A DNA stretch of 64,000 bases, taken from the NCBI RefSeq assembly GCF_006345805.1, contig NC_043000.1, positions 130,076,001-130,140,000 of the forward strand, in the 5' to 3' direction. The notes beneath the pieces were generated by a model that saw nothing but the letters and a program-made list of their open reading frames with translations, did no database searches and was not told the origin of the DNA. Shown here in pieces: positions 12,846 to 25,700 of the stretch; positions within the stretch are counted from its first letter, which is position 1; each line of letters begins with the position of its first letter. The translations under genes were made by a program, and so were the position numbers. This DNA is from Octopus sinensis. Taxonomy: Eukaryota.

Positions 12846-13534
12846 ATGCTATACATGGACGACTTGAAGCTATTAAAAAAACTGAGGCAGTACTGGACAG
12901 CCTAGTCCAGTCTGTGCGGATTTTCTCCAATGATATTAAGATGGAGTTTGGACTCTCAAAATGTGCTCCGATGGTGATGAGACGAGAAAAGCTTGCCAGG
13001 GAATAAGGCACATGGTTGCCAAGTGGTGAAATGATGAAAGCAATTCAACCTCAATCCAGTTATATATACCTGAGAACACTTAAGACAGACGGAATCAAAC
13101 ACCAGGACATGAAGGAAAAGACAAAAAGAGAGTACCTGCGGCGAGTAAGAAAAATATTGGCTTCAAAGCTGAATGCCAGAAACATAATTTGGGCAATAAA
13201 GTTGCACGCAGTCGCAGTAGTTCGGTATGGCTCTGGAATCCTGAAGTGGACAAAGGAGGAGCTGAAGGAGATGGACAGGAAGTCAAGAAAGCTCCTAACG
13301 ATGAATGGAGTCCATCATCCACGTGCAGACACTGATCGCCTATACACGAAGAGAACAAATGGAGGAAAGGGACGGATAAGTGTGGAAGACTGCGTGGGTA
13401 TCGAACTCGAGACCTTAATGAGATACCTAGCACAATGTAAGGAAATCTTGCTATCGAGAGCAGAGGAAAAAGGGAAAATGCGGAAGAAGTACAAAAAGGA
13501 CATGAAGAAGAATTACACAAGAAGCGAAAAATAA
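12846..13534 (+). pseudogene. Truncated R4/Dong-clade non-LTR retrotransposon reverse transcriptase
   Basis: MLYMDDLKL with catalytic YMDD at 12852-12863; after a frameshift DSLVQSVRIFSNDIKMEFGLSKCA, one stop, then the 172-aa ORF with EELKEMDRKSRKLLTM...HPRADTDRLY...GG.G..SVEDCV. These motifs are typical of RLE-type R4/Dong ORFs. Confidence 0.85.
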
Positions 13535-15738
13535 TCGTCTACACTCTACGACAGTAAATAAAATTTAACTTCAATAACAACAATAATAATGATGATATTA
13601 AATAGACTTAATATATCGTAGTCCTACAAAAAGATAATTACTAGTGTGAAGAGTATTAGAAGAGAACTCAATAAAGTGAAAGAAAATTCATATTTAGTAT
13701 GAGAACATACTTATACACGAGGAACCATAATAATAGAGCCAGAGTCATACGATAGTATCTTTGCATACGTGTACATATTTTCATGTATATTTGTACTAGC
13801 ATGTCAGCATGCTTCGCAGCCATTAATAATAGTACCAGGTTTAAACTCACAGCTGAAATATGTATTTGAAAGTCTAATTATAATACATTTCACGCCACAG
13901 TAGGCGTTAAATTGTTAACATTGAAATAATGTGCCAAAATCCGCAGAACAAGGCATAACCACTTGTCTCGTAAAGCCTACAACTCAATTACGATTAACAC
14001 TGATGCTGTTTTAATAATTAAAAAAAATGTGCCTCGAAACTTTATCGCAAGTGTAGCTATTCGGCTGGCTGATAGCGCACCTCCAGTTCATATGATATCT
14101 CTACTTTTTTGTCTAGACTATTAGTCTCCAGCCCTTTGGCATCACGACATTTTGACAAATTGATAATCTTTTATCACTCTCTTTTTTATATAGGATTTTT
14201 CTGTCTACTTAATAAACTTTGAAACCATTTGAATAATCTTTGCAATTAAGTGAATAGTTTTTGCAAGTAATTTAATAATAAACATTTATATAAAAAGAAT
14301 TGAAAATAAATTTATTCAAGAAATATTTCTCGCTTTGTAGAACGTATTAGCCCAACATTTATCTGTAAAAGGCCCCACGGGTGTTCTGCTGTCATTTCCC
14401 CAAACTTATTTTCAATAAGTGCCCTAAGACTTCATTATTATTAAGGAAAAAATGCATCTTGCGTTCTCACTAGCCATTTTTTGAGATGATTTTCTTAGGG
14501 CTCCGATATATATAATGCTTTTAAGCACATCACGTCCATGAGAGACATATTCGTACAATCGCAGCAGTAAATTTTGTCTGTCATGATGTAGTTACCTTAA
14601 GTATGATGCATACAAGGCTATTTAAATTAATCTATTTTCTGAAATACGGGCAGTTCAGATTATAGATTTGGATATCTTCATGGTGGCTACTCACTTTTCT
14701 CATATATCTTCAAAGTGTTTCTTTTTATTCGGGGCCAGCTCACACATAATTGAACATACATGTTTTTTTTCTGGAGAGGGGAAGGTTTTATGGAAGACTA
14801 TTTTATGCCGGTCTTTCTCTTTTCTATATATAAAACAATGAAGTGTAATCTCCGAGAGATGTGGTGTAGTTTCTAGCAGGTTGATCATTCACATAGAGGC
14901 CATTTTGTTCGATCGTATTTAAAGACGTTGGTACCACGTTTATGATTAATGCAGCTGCAGGAGCTAATCTATTCAACACTATCTCTTTATAAAATGTTTG
15001 CATTACATCTCTTCAAAAGTAATCATTCAATGACTGTCATTAAAATTTACATAAGAGTAACTATGTAGGGCAGAAAGTGACCTACAATTTGTAAGCATAA
15101 TATCATTAAGCCAATTGTATCTGCAACTGTTTAAAGTTGGAGTTTTTTCTTCTTTTGTATGCTAAAATCTTACATTATATTTCATGAGGTATGTTTTCAA
15201 TGTCTGCCGAGAGAAAAAAATCGAAATTCAAAAGAGAAAAATATTCATTTGTATCATATAGAAATCGTATAAAAGATAATAATCTCAGTAATAATGCCTT
15301 ATTTCGAAATATTTTCCGTGTTTTAAAGTCATGAATATAACTTATTTCCATAAACATATTTTTACAGAAAAGCCTTCTTTACGAACACACGAACTACAAA
15401 CAGTCATGTACAATCTTTGGCAAACAGACATACGCAGTAACGCAAGCCTAAGCACGAACAAGGAGGAACATTGGCCTATAGAAACCAGCACGAAGCATAC
15501 AGATAACGATAGAAACACACGCACATGCGCAAATAGAGAAGAAAAGAAAGTAGTGCCTACACACACATACATCTCTCTCTATAATATATATATATACATG
15601 ATTATATATATATACACGTATATATATATATATACATACACACGCGCACACATATGCACATATATACATATATATGTGTGTGTATGCGTGCATCTCGATA
15701 TAAACATATGTATGTCCATAATCGGTACATAAACATAT

Positions 15739-16070
15739 GTGAAGGCGCGTGGCTTAGTGGTTAGGAGCATTCGGCTCATGATCGTAAGGTCGTGAGTTCA
15801 ATTCCCAGCGGCGCGTTGTGTCCTTTAGCAAGACACTTTATTTCACGTTGCTCCAGTCCACTCAGCTGGCAAAAATGAGTTGTACCTGTATTTCAAAGGG
15901 CACGCCTTGTCACACACTGTGCCACGCTGAATCTCCCCGAGAAGTACGTTAAGGGTACACGTGTTTGTGGAGTGCTCAGACACTTACACGTTAATTTCAC
16001 GAGCAGGCTGTTCCTTTGATCGTATCAGCTGGGACCCTCGTCGTCGCAACCGACGGTGAGCTCCTTTTTA
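15739..16070 (+). mobile_element. tRNA-derived SINE, family C, full length with 12-bp TSD
   Basis: A-box TGGCTTAGTGG and B-box GAGTTCAATTCC; TSD ACATAAACATAT at 15727-15738 and 16071-16082; T-rich 3' end. Confidence 0.95.
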
Positions 16071-16537
16071 ACATAAACATATAGATGCATATTCACGCAT
16101 ACAGACACATAGGCACACACAGACACAAAAACACAGACACACACACGCACATGTATATATATGAACATGCATAACTAACTTCCTTTGTATATATAGTATA
16201 GGATGTAAACATATGGAAGTGCGTGTATGGTATTTTGTGTGTCGCAACCTCTATGACTAAGGTCTTATTTGCATTAACATAATAACATATTGGAATGTGT
16301 ATAAATTATTAGTAAAGGGCAATGTTTGTAAAGTTCGTACGCTGTTGGGAGGACAATTACAAATATTACGTGCAATATCTTTTTTCAAGCAGCGAAATAA
16401 TTACTCCGCTGCCCTAGTGCAGAGAGTAAAAATGCACAAATACTTATATGTACATACAAACATATACAGTCCCGGGTGAGCTGGCCGTAACTTCCAAGTC
16501 ATTCGCAATAATATTCTTCAGAATAATGAATCTATAA

Positions 16538-16570
<33 letters not shown>

Positions 16571-16571
<1 letters not shown>

Positions 16572-17076
16572 CTATATATATAAAACTCTAGTTGTGTGAG
16601 TGTCTGTCCCCTTCGATTTAGATTCCTAACTCCTCCCACATTTTGCGGTGCAGTTTAACCAAATTCGGGTATCTTATAGTCGTGATTCATATCGAGCCCG
16701 TCTGACTATTAGCGCGCGTCAACGATGAGTCTACGATTTTAAAAATAATTTAACATAATTTTTTATTCCATTTTAATGCATAAAATGCATCGTATGTCGA
16801 TGGCGGCGGAGTTGGCGTCGACGCTCACAGCTGCACCTGTTTGCTTCTCCCCCTTCCCTCCCTCGTGAAGCTGTGGGGAAGGGAGTGTAAAGAAATCAAC
16901 GTCGTAATGCGTTGTGAAGGAAACCAGCGTTCTTTTAGAACAACGACTTCATGACTTGAAGACACCAAAACAAAAATGGCTAAGAAAGCCCGAATTTATA
17001 AGGGAAGTAACTCTCTAAAAATGCTTATATAGTTATTTCCCTTACAAACCCGAGCAACGCCGGGCGATACTGCTAG
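16571..17076 (+). mobile_element. Non-autonomous Helitron (506 bp)
   Basis: A|TC 5' end (TCTATATATATAAAA), GC-rich hairpin CCCGAGCAACGCCGGG at 17049-17064, CTAG|T 3' end, no TSD. These are canonical Helitron termini. Confidence 0.85.
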
Positions 17077-17160
17077 TATATAATAAATTCAACTTACGTT
17101 GAAAGTCAACAAAAGAAATTTGCTTTAGAAAACGTTGAGATGTATTGAAATATACAGATA

Positions 17161-17339
17161 AGGAAATAATTTTCTTCTCAAACGCAGGATAATGCTAATA
17201 ATACAGGATGAACAGGATAAACTATCCATATTTTCCAGAAAAACGTGTCGGCGTCCAGCCTGGACGCGTAATGGATAGTTTATCCAGTTCATGCTATATC
17301 ATTAGCATTATCCTGCGTCTGAGAATGAAATTATTTCCT
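17161..17339. mobile_element. Foldback MITE-like element with ~70-bp terminal inverted repeats and TA TSD
   Basis: 17158-17229 and 17271-17342 are near-perfect reverse complements; TA on both sides (Tc1/mariner-like); internal hairpin GCGTCCAG-c-CTGGACGC. Confidence 0.8.
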
Positions 17340-17519
17340 TATTTATATATGTATGTATATATATAATATTATTAGTGAATTGAAGAAATGGAGTTGAACG
17401 AAGATTGAACAGAAATCGTTTTATTGCATTCTACACGTGTTTTGCTACCAAGGTATCGGTTAAAATTTTGATTAATCTGCAACAAGATTATTCATCGTTC
17501 TATTTCACAAAATATATAA

Positions 17520-17594
<75 letters not shown>

Positions 17595-17666
17595 TACGCG
17601 CATTAATTTACATATACAGATACTTAAAGGCCTATATCATTATTTCGTTATAAGTGTGTATATATA

Positions 17667-18083
17667 TTCTTTTATTCTTTTACTTGTTTCAGTCATTTGA
17701 CTGCGACCATGCTGGAGCACTGCCTTTAGTCGGGCAAATCGACCCCAGAACTTATTATTTGTAAGCCTAGTACTTATTCTATTAGTCTCATTTGCTGAAT
17801 CGCTAAGTTACGGGGACGTAAACACACCAGCATTGATTGTCAAGCGATGTTGGAGGTGGGGACTAACACAGATACATATATGATCACACACATACACACA
17901 TACATATATTTATCTTACGACAGGCTTCTTTCAGTTTCTGTCTAATAAAAAATCCACTCACAAGGACTTAGTCGGCCCGAGGCTATAGTAGTAGACACTT
18001 GCCCAAGGTGCCACGCAGTGGAACTGAACCCGGAACCATATGGCTGGTAAGCAAGCTACTTACCACACAGCCACTCCTGCGCC
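17667..18083 (-). mobile_element. SINE family B, full length
   Basis: Complete match to the family B layout, including head GGCGCAGGAGTGGCTGTGTGGTAAGTAGC on the minus strand. Confidence 0.93.
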
Positions 18084-18389
18084 TATTTACATATATATTT
18101 CATATATAATGTATAAATATACGACAAAGCTATCATTAGGGACAAAAATGGTAGCTCAGAAAATCTCTAATGACAGAAAATAGGAAAAAATCGGGAATAA
18201 CAGAATATACATGGATCAGAAGCAGAAATTATATGATATAAGATTTCCTTCATTGTTATACACCATAGCAGAAACATAAAAATAATGAAGATTGCACTTG
18301 GAGCTTCAAGTGAAAATTCAATCAATAGACTGCAGAAGGCTCCTGGCATTATCGATATTCAGCAGCTAATGATTCAGGATTTCAAATCT

Positions 18390-18680
18390 CCTGTTGATGC
18401 AAGATTCCTTCGTGCATATCTGTATATTTCTAAAGAATACACTGTTTTCTCATTACTTTTGACAATGCTTTTTGTGATATACTATCAAAAGAAGTCTGTA
18501 AATCAACAAAACATAGAATAATGGTATCCCTATTTTCATTTGCCTCCTATTAACCCTTTACTGTAAAGTTAATGCTGATTGTCGTGTGAAGATTACAAGA
18601 TCACTAGAAGAAATGCTACTCTTATTGGATAGTTTAATAAGACAAGCTGTAATTATTCCCCTTTTTTAAAGCTAAAATTG
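18390..18680 (-). pseudogene. Decayed LINE (RTE-like) reverse transcriptase fragment
   Basis: Minus strand gives IILCFVDLQTSFDSISQKALSKVMRKQCIL*KY (18478-18510 = FVDLQTSFDSI), matching the RT motif FVDLxKAFDS...ALW...GIPxKY; a FKKG-like remnant lies upstream. Confidence 0.65.
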
Positions 18681-19413
18681 AGTATCAATTAAATCAATCC
18701 ACTCAACATCAATATGCACAGGAAGTAATAAAAATAACGAATCACTTCAAGTACACGGGAGGTATTGTTGTACGTAATTACACAATCTGTTTGGAGTCAT
18801 AGTAGAAAAAATAAACATAAGAAGCAGTTTGCACGATAAAATATATAATGGAGATCAGTCGTTTGTTGACACATCACAAGATAAAAAAAATCTAAATTAC
18901 CAAGAAAAAAACTAAATTACCATGAAAAAAACAATTATACTTTGTGCGCGTCAATCCCCACGAAAGACCCTTATAACTTACCGTAAAATTCTACCTTTGG
19001 AAGATGCAGTATTAGGAAAAGTATAAGGAATGTGATCACAAGATCATGTAAAGAACCAGATAATAAGACTAAGTGATGATTTTATGAGACTGTTGCGATG
19101 GCGATGTTGCTGGAATAAATTTATAGACGAAATCTAAGCCTTGTTAATTATGAACCCAACTAGATGACAGAAGAGAGATTCTGGGATGAACATGATTAAT
19201 AGGGAAACGACAGGCAGCGAATGAAGAATATTGGGAAAAACTCAAGGAAAATGGCGGAAGATTGATATGTTTAGGGAAACTTTAGCTACACCATAAATAC
19301 GAAAGGATTAAATATATGATTCATTCGAAACCCTCGTCCAAACCCAAATATATTTTATCGGATTTACGCTTTTGATCCTATATACATGAGCGCCTGTGTA
19401 TACATGTATGTAG

Positions 19414-19488
<75 letters not shown>

Positions 19489-19606
19489 AAGAAAGAGAGA
19501 GGAGGGAGATAGAGACTGGCAGAAACAAGGAAAATGCCACTTGTATTTGAACACTATGCAAATATTCTTTTAAAAAATTCTTTTAATTTTTCCAGAATTT
19601 AATTGT

Positions 19607-19658
19607 TTTTCATACTGACAGTTGAAAAAGTCTCAACGCTTGAAACCGGCACTGAAAA
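19607..19658 (+). ncRNA. Decayed hammerhead-like motif
   Basis: TTTTCAta-CTGACA-GTTGA...TCAAC-gctt-GAAA-CCGG-CA-cTGAAAA. Stems I and II and a palindromic stem III are recognisable, but both the core and the UH triplet are mutated. Confidence 0.35.
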
Positions 19659-19703
19659 GTTTTTTATAAAATGATTTTAGCATTTTCTATCTTGACTTTT
19701 TTC

Positions 19704-19760
<57 letters not shown>

Positions 19761-20029
19761 TATATATCAGTTGCTTCCATGTGATAGTTTATGTTAGGTA
19801 CACCTCATCCACAGCACAAAACTATGAATGTACATTGCTTCAAGAAGGTTGCCTTACATAAATATATTTGTACGTGTTGATTCGCGCCTACGTACGTCGA
19901 TTTACTTGTATGTATGTTTCTGTATATGTATGCATTTGTGCATTTGAGTGTATTCCTATTTGTGTGAGTGAGTACGTGTAGGAAAAATACTGCGATTGTG
20001 TTCATGTGTTCTATTGTTTTTCTTCACAG

Positions 20030-20218
20030 AGTTGAATTATGGGCCGTTTTTATGTGTTTTATGTTAGTTTTATTGTCCTTCTCCATTTTGTACTTCCGCT
20101 ATTCCTTTCATCTTGATAATTTTATTGTGGCTGCTGCTACTGGTTTACAAATTGCTCGCATTCTTTTAATATTTTCGGCTATTATTCTAGCAAATTGGAG
20201 TGAAACCAATTTTATCAG
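20030..20218 (+). CDS. Candidate exon encoding two hydrophobic helices (unknown membrane protein)
   Basis: Strong acceptor TTGTTTTTCTTCACAG, 189 nt, only one open frame (VELWAVFMCFMLVLLSFSILYFRYSFHLDNFIVAAATGLQIARILLIFSAIILANWSETNFI), ends CAG|GTGTTA. T-rich DNA can give such ORFs by chance. Confidence 0.3.
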
Positions 20219-21190
20219 GTGTTAATTTATTTGCTTTAGAATTTGTTAAATATTCAAATTCTGAAAACGTGCTATTACAGTATATATTATTTAAATCACA
20301 GTCTAGCGGTAGTGTACTTTTCTGTGGTTAATTATTTGGGGCGAAAAATAACTGTGGTATCATAGCAACGAGAAAGAGTTCAAAGCTTTTATTTTTTAAA
20401 AAAACAAAAAACAGAATAAAAGTTCTTTATTCCTTTTTCCTGAAGGAGATCAGGCCTCGAAGAAGAATACAAAAACCAAAAAAAATGTCGTTTAAAAGCA
20501 GAAAATTTAGCAAATAAAATTCAAGAAGAAAACTACGATATATAATTTAATTTCAAGTGGAATAAGATTTTAATTTCACTGAAGTTAATTTAATTTTCCG
20601 TTTAATACTGTCTTTCTAAACGATGTTTTTTGCAGACACGAATACACACACATACATATACACATACACACACATATATATACATACATACATACACATA
20701 TATATACATACATACATACACACACATACATAATTCATGCATGTGTGTGTTTTGCATAGATTTCGCGATTAAAAATATTTTACAGCTAAGACAAAATCGC
20801 CCTCTGACTATTTAATTATCATAACAATTAGGGGCAGGTTTGAATTATATGTTCTACTATGGTGGTCAATGCTTCTATGATGTCCAATAAACTAAAGCTC
20901 TGCGTTAGATTTATTAATGTCTGAATGAATATATATTTATTACAATCTATTATTTTTCTCGGTTCTCGCTTTTGACGTCATTAAACTGGCTATGTTTTTA
21001 AAACTGACCTGACTTTCTTTATATACACTAGGGTTAAGAATAAATAGGGACAATTAAGGCATTGGAAATATATGATAAATTATTTCCTTGCTAAAAATCA
21101 AAATACTTATTTTCTTAATTCAAATATCATATTTAGATATTGAACTTTTTAATATTTGTTATGTATTTCATGGGACTGTCAGAATGATGT

Positions 21191-21244
21191 GAACACCTCT
21201 GATGAGATCTCAATGAGGTTCGCGAAATCGATTAAGGTTGTTCA
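21191..21244 (+). ncRNA. Type-I hammerhead-like motif with insertion before GAAA
   Basis: GAACACCT-CTGATGA-G-ATCTC(aat)GAGGT-TCGC-GAAA-TCGAT-TA-AGGTtGTTCA. Stem I about 9 bp; ATCGAT palindrome in stem III. Confidence 0.55.
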
Positions 21245-23194
21245 TCACTTGGCGGAGAAATGGCTAAAAGTTGCCCCGTTTATAATTATGTCATATGTTA
21301 CATATGATATATATATATAGGATGTCACCAACGGTGCATGAAAAACGTGGAACATGAAAAACGAACAAGGAAAAAACGAGTGAAATACGTAAACAACAAG
21401 AAATGGACAGCAGGACATATATATATGGGAAAATGCGATCATATATGGAAAAATGCGAGCATAAAAAGTAATATTCTTAAGATTATAAACTTGCACAAGT
21501 TATTACACCTGGAAAAGTATAGGACAAGCTATTGCCTCTAGTAAAGTAAAGAATAAAAAACTTTTTTAACGCCGGTGCATCAGCATGGCTGCAGCTATGA
21601 GCTGAGACTACAGCAAAAACAAAAAAAATGCTTTATACAGAGTTTAATACAGTGCTTCTTAAAGTAAGCAGTACCGACCCCCTGAGGGCTAGTGGAAGAT
21701 GTTATATGGGTAACAGAGACAAAAGGCAGGTAGATGGCGACGGATGCATCTGTACAAATTTTTTATCGGTCTTTAACTTTTAGTTAAATATTATGATAAA
21801 CTGTTTATCAGCCGCAGTAAAAACAATTGCAACGTCAATACCAACGAAGTCATCTCAATAATAATAGACTTCGAAGAACAAATAAGTAAAACAAAACCGA
21901 ATATATATTATCCCCTATGCATAGTGTATTCAGTTGTACTGTGTTTAGTAACGAGACGTGTCAAATTCGTACTCAGTTCTGAATTATTCTGGTATGATAT
22001 TACGTATGTATATTAAGAATGGAATTGTGATGAGGCGTTGAAAATGTTTTAGTAAGTGAACAGGGGTGATGGTTAAAAAACTCTGGGAAGTTCTGCTTTT
22101 GCAGATGTGAATATTACTATAGTTATTCTTTAAGACGTAGCAACGCGTTTCAAGTTTGTAAATGCATAGATATTCATGTGTCTGATATTGTGGTGTTTGC
22201 CTTATGTTACTTATAGAAGGATAGCATAGTTTTCATATCTAATGGCTAATTTAGAATTAGTCAGTTACACACAAAACAATATCGTAAAAGAATATTTTTT
22301 TGACTATTTGTGTTTATATGCATAATCAGTATATATATATATTTTTGTACACTTCTATAATTATTCGATTACATATTTAGATGATTATTAATTTTTAGAT
22401 ACTACATTGTTTTGTACAATATACGGATAGTCATACAATACATGAGAATGTATGTGTGTATACATTTAGATATACGCCGCGTTTTGCATAAAGAAAGGTA
22501 GGGAGGGGAGCAAGACAGATTTGGGAAGGTTTTTATTCGGAAAGAGAGAGAACTGTATATATTATATGAGTGATTACGTTTGCATTTATGAATGGTCGTG
22601 CTTATACACACACACATATATATAAATGGATATGCATATATAAACATATACGCGTGTGTGCGTTCGTCGTGTGTAGGTTTGGGGGTAGGTGATATGCGTG
22701 TAAGGATAAAAGGAAAACTAAAAAGAGGCGAATACGATGCGCTATATTACATTCATACGGAAGGTGTTTGTGTGTGAAGATACCATCTTCTACGTTCGTA
22801 CAGTAATTATAGGTATAAGAGCATCTACGCATCTACATCTGTGTAAATATCAATGTAATCTAAAGTAAGACATTCAGAGAGAAAGAGAGAAAAGCGATAA
22901 AGACACATATATGGTGTCTAAATGAACTGCGTTTTATCGATTGAATTTTCTGAAAGGCGAACATCTTGCAAGTAAGGCAGTCGAAGATTATGGATTATTT
23001 ATGTTAAAGAAAATCTAGTTTATTCAGATATTGTTGGTCAAATGTATAGCAACAGCTTGATGGGAATCGTGTCGCTATGTATTGCTTTATGTATTCAGTT
23101 CGATTTGAATGTTTATCAGTCAATCATTTCATCAATACACATAAATATATCTAAAGGAAATTGTGTTGTTGCATTAAAGAGTGCCATACGTATC

Positions 23195-23226
<32 letters not shown>

Positions 23227-23504
23227 TGGGAGGGAGAGAGAGAAGAGAGTGAGAGAGGGGTGCAGTACAGTTATATACCTACGTACACGGTTATATACAC
23301 ATGCACATGTGAGTGTGCATATACACACACACAAACACGCGCAAATGTGCGGGCGTGTATGTGTAGTTGTATATATGTATGCAGGCGTCGATTGTCCATA
23401 GTTCCAAACTCATGCCCGGGACTGTAGTAGAAGCCACTTTCCAAAGTTGCCAGTACTGAATATTACGTATTTATAGATATACATAAATGTACAAAATCAC
23501 ATAC

Positions 23505-23528
23505 GAGTGTGCGTAAGCATATATATAT

Positions 23529-23559
<31 letters not shown>

Positions 23560-23606
23560 GCACACACACACATATATATATATATATACATACGTACCAT
23601 ATATAG

Positions 23607-23637
<31 letters not shown>

Positions 23638-23638
23638 C

Positions 23639-23669
<31 letters not shown>

Positions 23670-23800
23670 TATATATACACACACACACACATATATATAT
23701 ATATACACACATATATATATATACACACACACATATATATATATAAATACATATATATATACACATATGTATATAAATATCTATATATATATGTAGATAG
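23505..23800. repeat. Compound (AT)n/(AC)n microsatellite field
   Basis: Direct reading; source of seven pseudo-ORFs in the track. Confidence 0.95.
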
Positions 23801-24567
23801 ATAGATAAATCATGTTCATATATTTCTATATATACATTTATGAAACATCATACGTAAATACATAATGCCTCTATCTATCTATCTATCTATCTATCTATAT
23901 ATATATATATATATATACACACACGCAACCATATACATAAACGCATACAAACATATGCAAACGCTCATCCAAACAATTCTATACATATAATCGTAGCGTA
24001 GAGTGGGTAAGTATTGCGTGAAATACTTATGTATATTGTTTTTATTGATTGCATTAATTATTAGCGATGCTTACATAACTTCTCGAGATATTTCGTTGAT
24101 CACATTGACTCCTTTATTATTTTAAGTGTGGCACTTATATTATTTATGCATTATTTTTGCTTTGCATTATTGTGAATTCTTCAAAAGCTATCAGTATGAC
24201 TATGTAAATAAGTACGCGTATGTCTGCCTGATTTTAAGTGCATACGTGTAGAACAGAGTCCCCAGTAAGTAGGTATTATATAAATATCTGTATAACTTAC
24301 ACTTCCATGTGTTTGTGCATACATGTACAAGCATGCGTGTGTATTATTCTATATACACAATTATGCATAACTGAACGTCAATATATAAGCATCTAGCTAA
24401 CACATTGCTTGTTGTCCGTTAATTTTACTATATAATTATGTATATGTTACTTTTGAAGGATTATGGCGACAGAGTTTGTTTAAACATCACATTTATGAAT
24501 ATATGATGAGCATATATGTGTGTGCCTATGTGTACTTTCCAATTATCGTATATATATATATATATAT

Positions 24568-24618
<51 letters not shown>

Positions 24619-25149
24619 GGGTAATTTTACCAATTATTGTGTGTGGATTGTCACAGACAAATACAAATAATAATATCAAAACAAGAACACACAAGCACGT
24701 ACTTACACACAACACACGTACTTATTATACACTGAAATATACCGAAATATTTTTCGCTACATGTTTAAGATATGGGCTTTGATATATATTTCTTGGGATA
24801 AGTTGCTCTCTTCTGCAGAGAAAAAGGTGCAGAGAAAGACTGCAAGAATAATTGAGAATAAGAATAATTGTGCATGTCTAAACTTCAACGATAGAGAGAG
24901 AAAAAGAATGGGGTGAAGTAGAAACATTTAAGATAGGCGTACGCACATTGGCATGTACATTCATAGATAAATAAAGACGGATAAATATATATTATTTTAG
25001 TAATTTTATCTGTTTTGAAATAAATAATAACACTAATATCAACAAACACCACCACCACAATAACAAAAACAAAAATAATAATTATGATATCTCACATTGG
25101 CATGAGGCCACATATTTAAAGGTGGGGTAGATGCTGAGGTGGTACTGGT

Positions 25150-25700
25150 AGTGAGGATACATTGTTATTGTGATAGTGTTTCACAATAAGGCCTGAATCT
25201 TGCTGCCTATATATGTATCTGCATATCGAACATTACCTGCGGCTTTTTATGGTGTGGCTTTGTACTCTTCCTTTTCTGTGCATATTCCATAATGTTGGCA
25301 TAGTTTCAGCGTTGAGGTTTTTTTAATGTGTATATATCATGGTAGCTAAGATTGAGTAACCTGAAAGTATGTGATTGTGAAATATTTTTACATTTTTTGC
25401 ACTCATTTATTTGATACTGTGCTCCATTGAGAGAATTTGGTAATTTCCAAATCGTATGAATTTCATTTTAGTTTACGTCTTGATCTTAAACAAAAACTCA
25501 GTACTCGCTGTTAACCTTTTTCCCGTCCTTCACCTCTTTTCCCTGTCATGTATTGGCCATAAGAGGCTTTTCTTACAAAAAGAATAAAATTTTGCACTAC
25601 TGTTTTTCATTTAGCTATTACTTTAAAAGAATTCTGCTTCTGTTTCTCCACGTTCTTCATGACTGACATTTTACCACAGTCTGTATTATATACTTATTGC
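25150..25700 (-). pseudogene. Highly decayed C-terminal part of an R4/Dong-type non-LTR ORF (zinc-knuckle region)
   Basis: With frameshifts: KPL(H)GQY at 25550-25569, CKKC at 25390-25401 and HILSGYSILA from 25373. This matches the WxxKPLHGQY and CxxC...HILSGC motifs that precede the RLE endonuclease. Confidence 0.6.

Noticed and set aside
13095-13520. 141-aa and 62-aa minus-strand ORFs
   Set aside because: They are antisense shadows of the R4/Dong RT fragment.
14695-14770. Minus-strand segment with a good acceptor (CCCTCTCCAG) and donor (GTGAGT)
   Set aside because: One frame is open (KKNMYVQLCVSWPRIKRNTLKIYEK), but there is no partner exon or homology; such sites arise by chance in 64 kb.
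18285-18521. 78-aa plus-strand ORF
   Set aside because: It is antisense to the recognisable RT relic on the minus strand.
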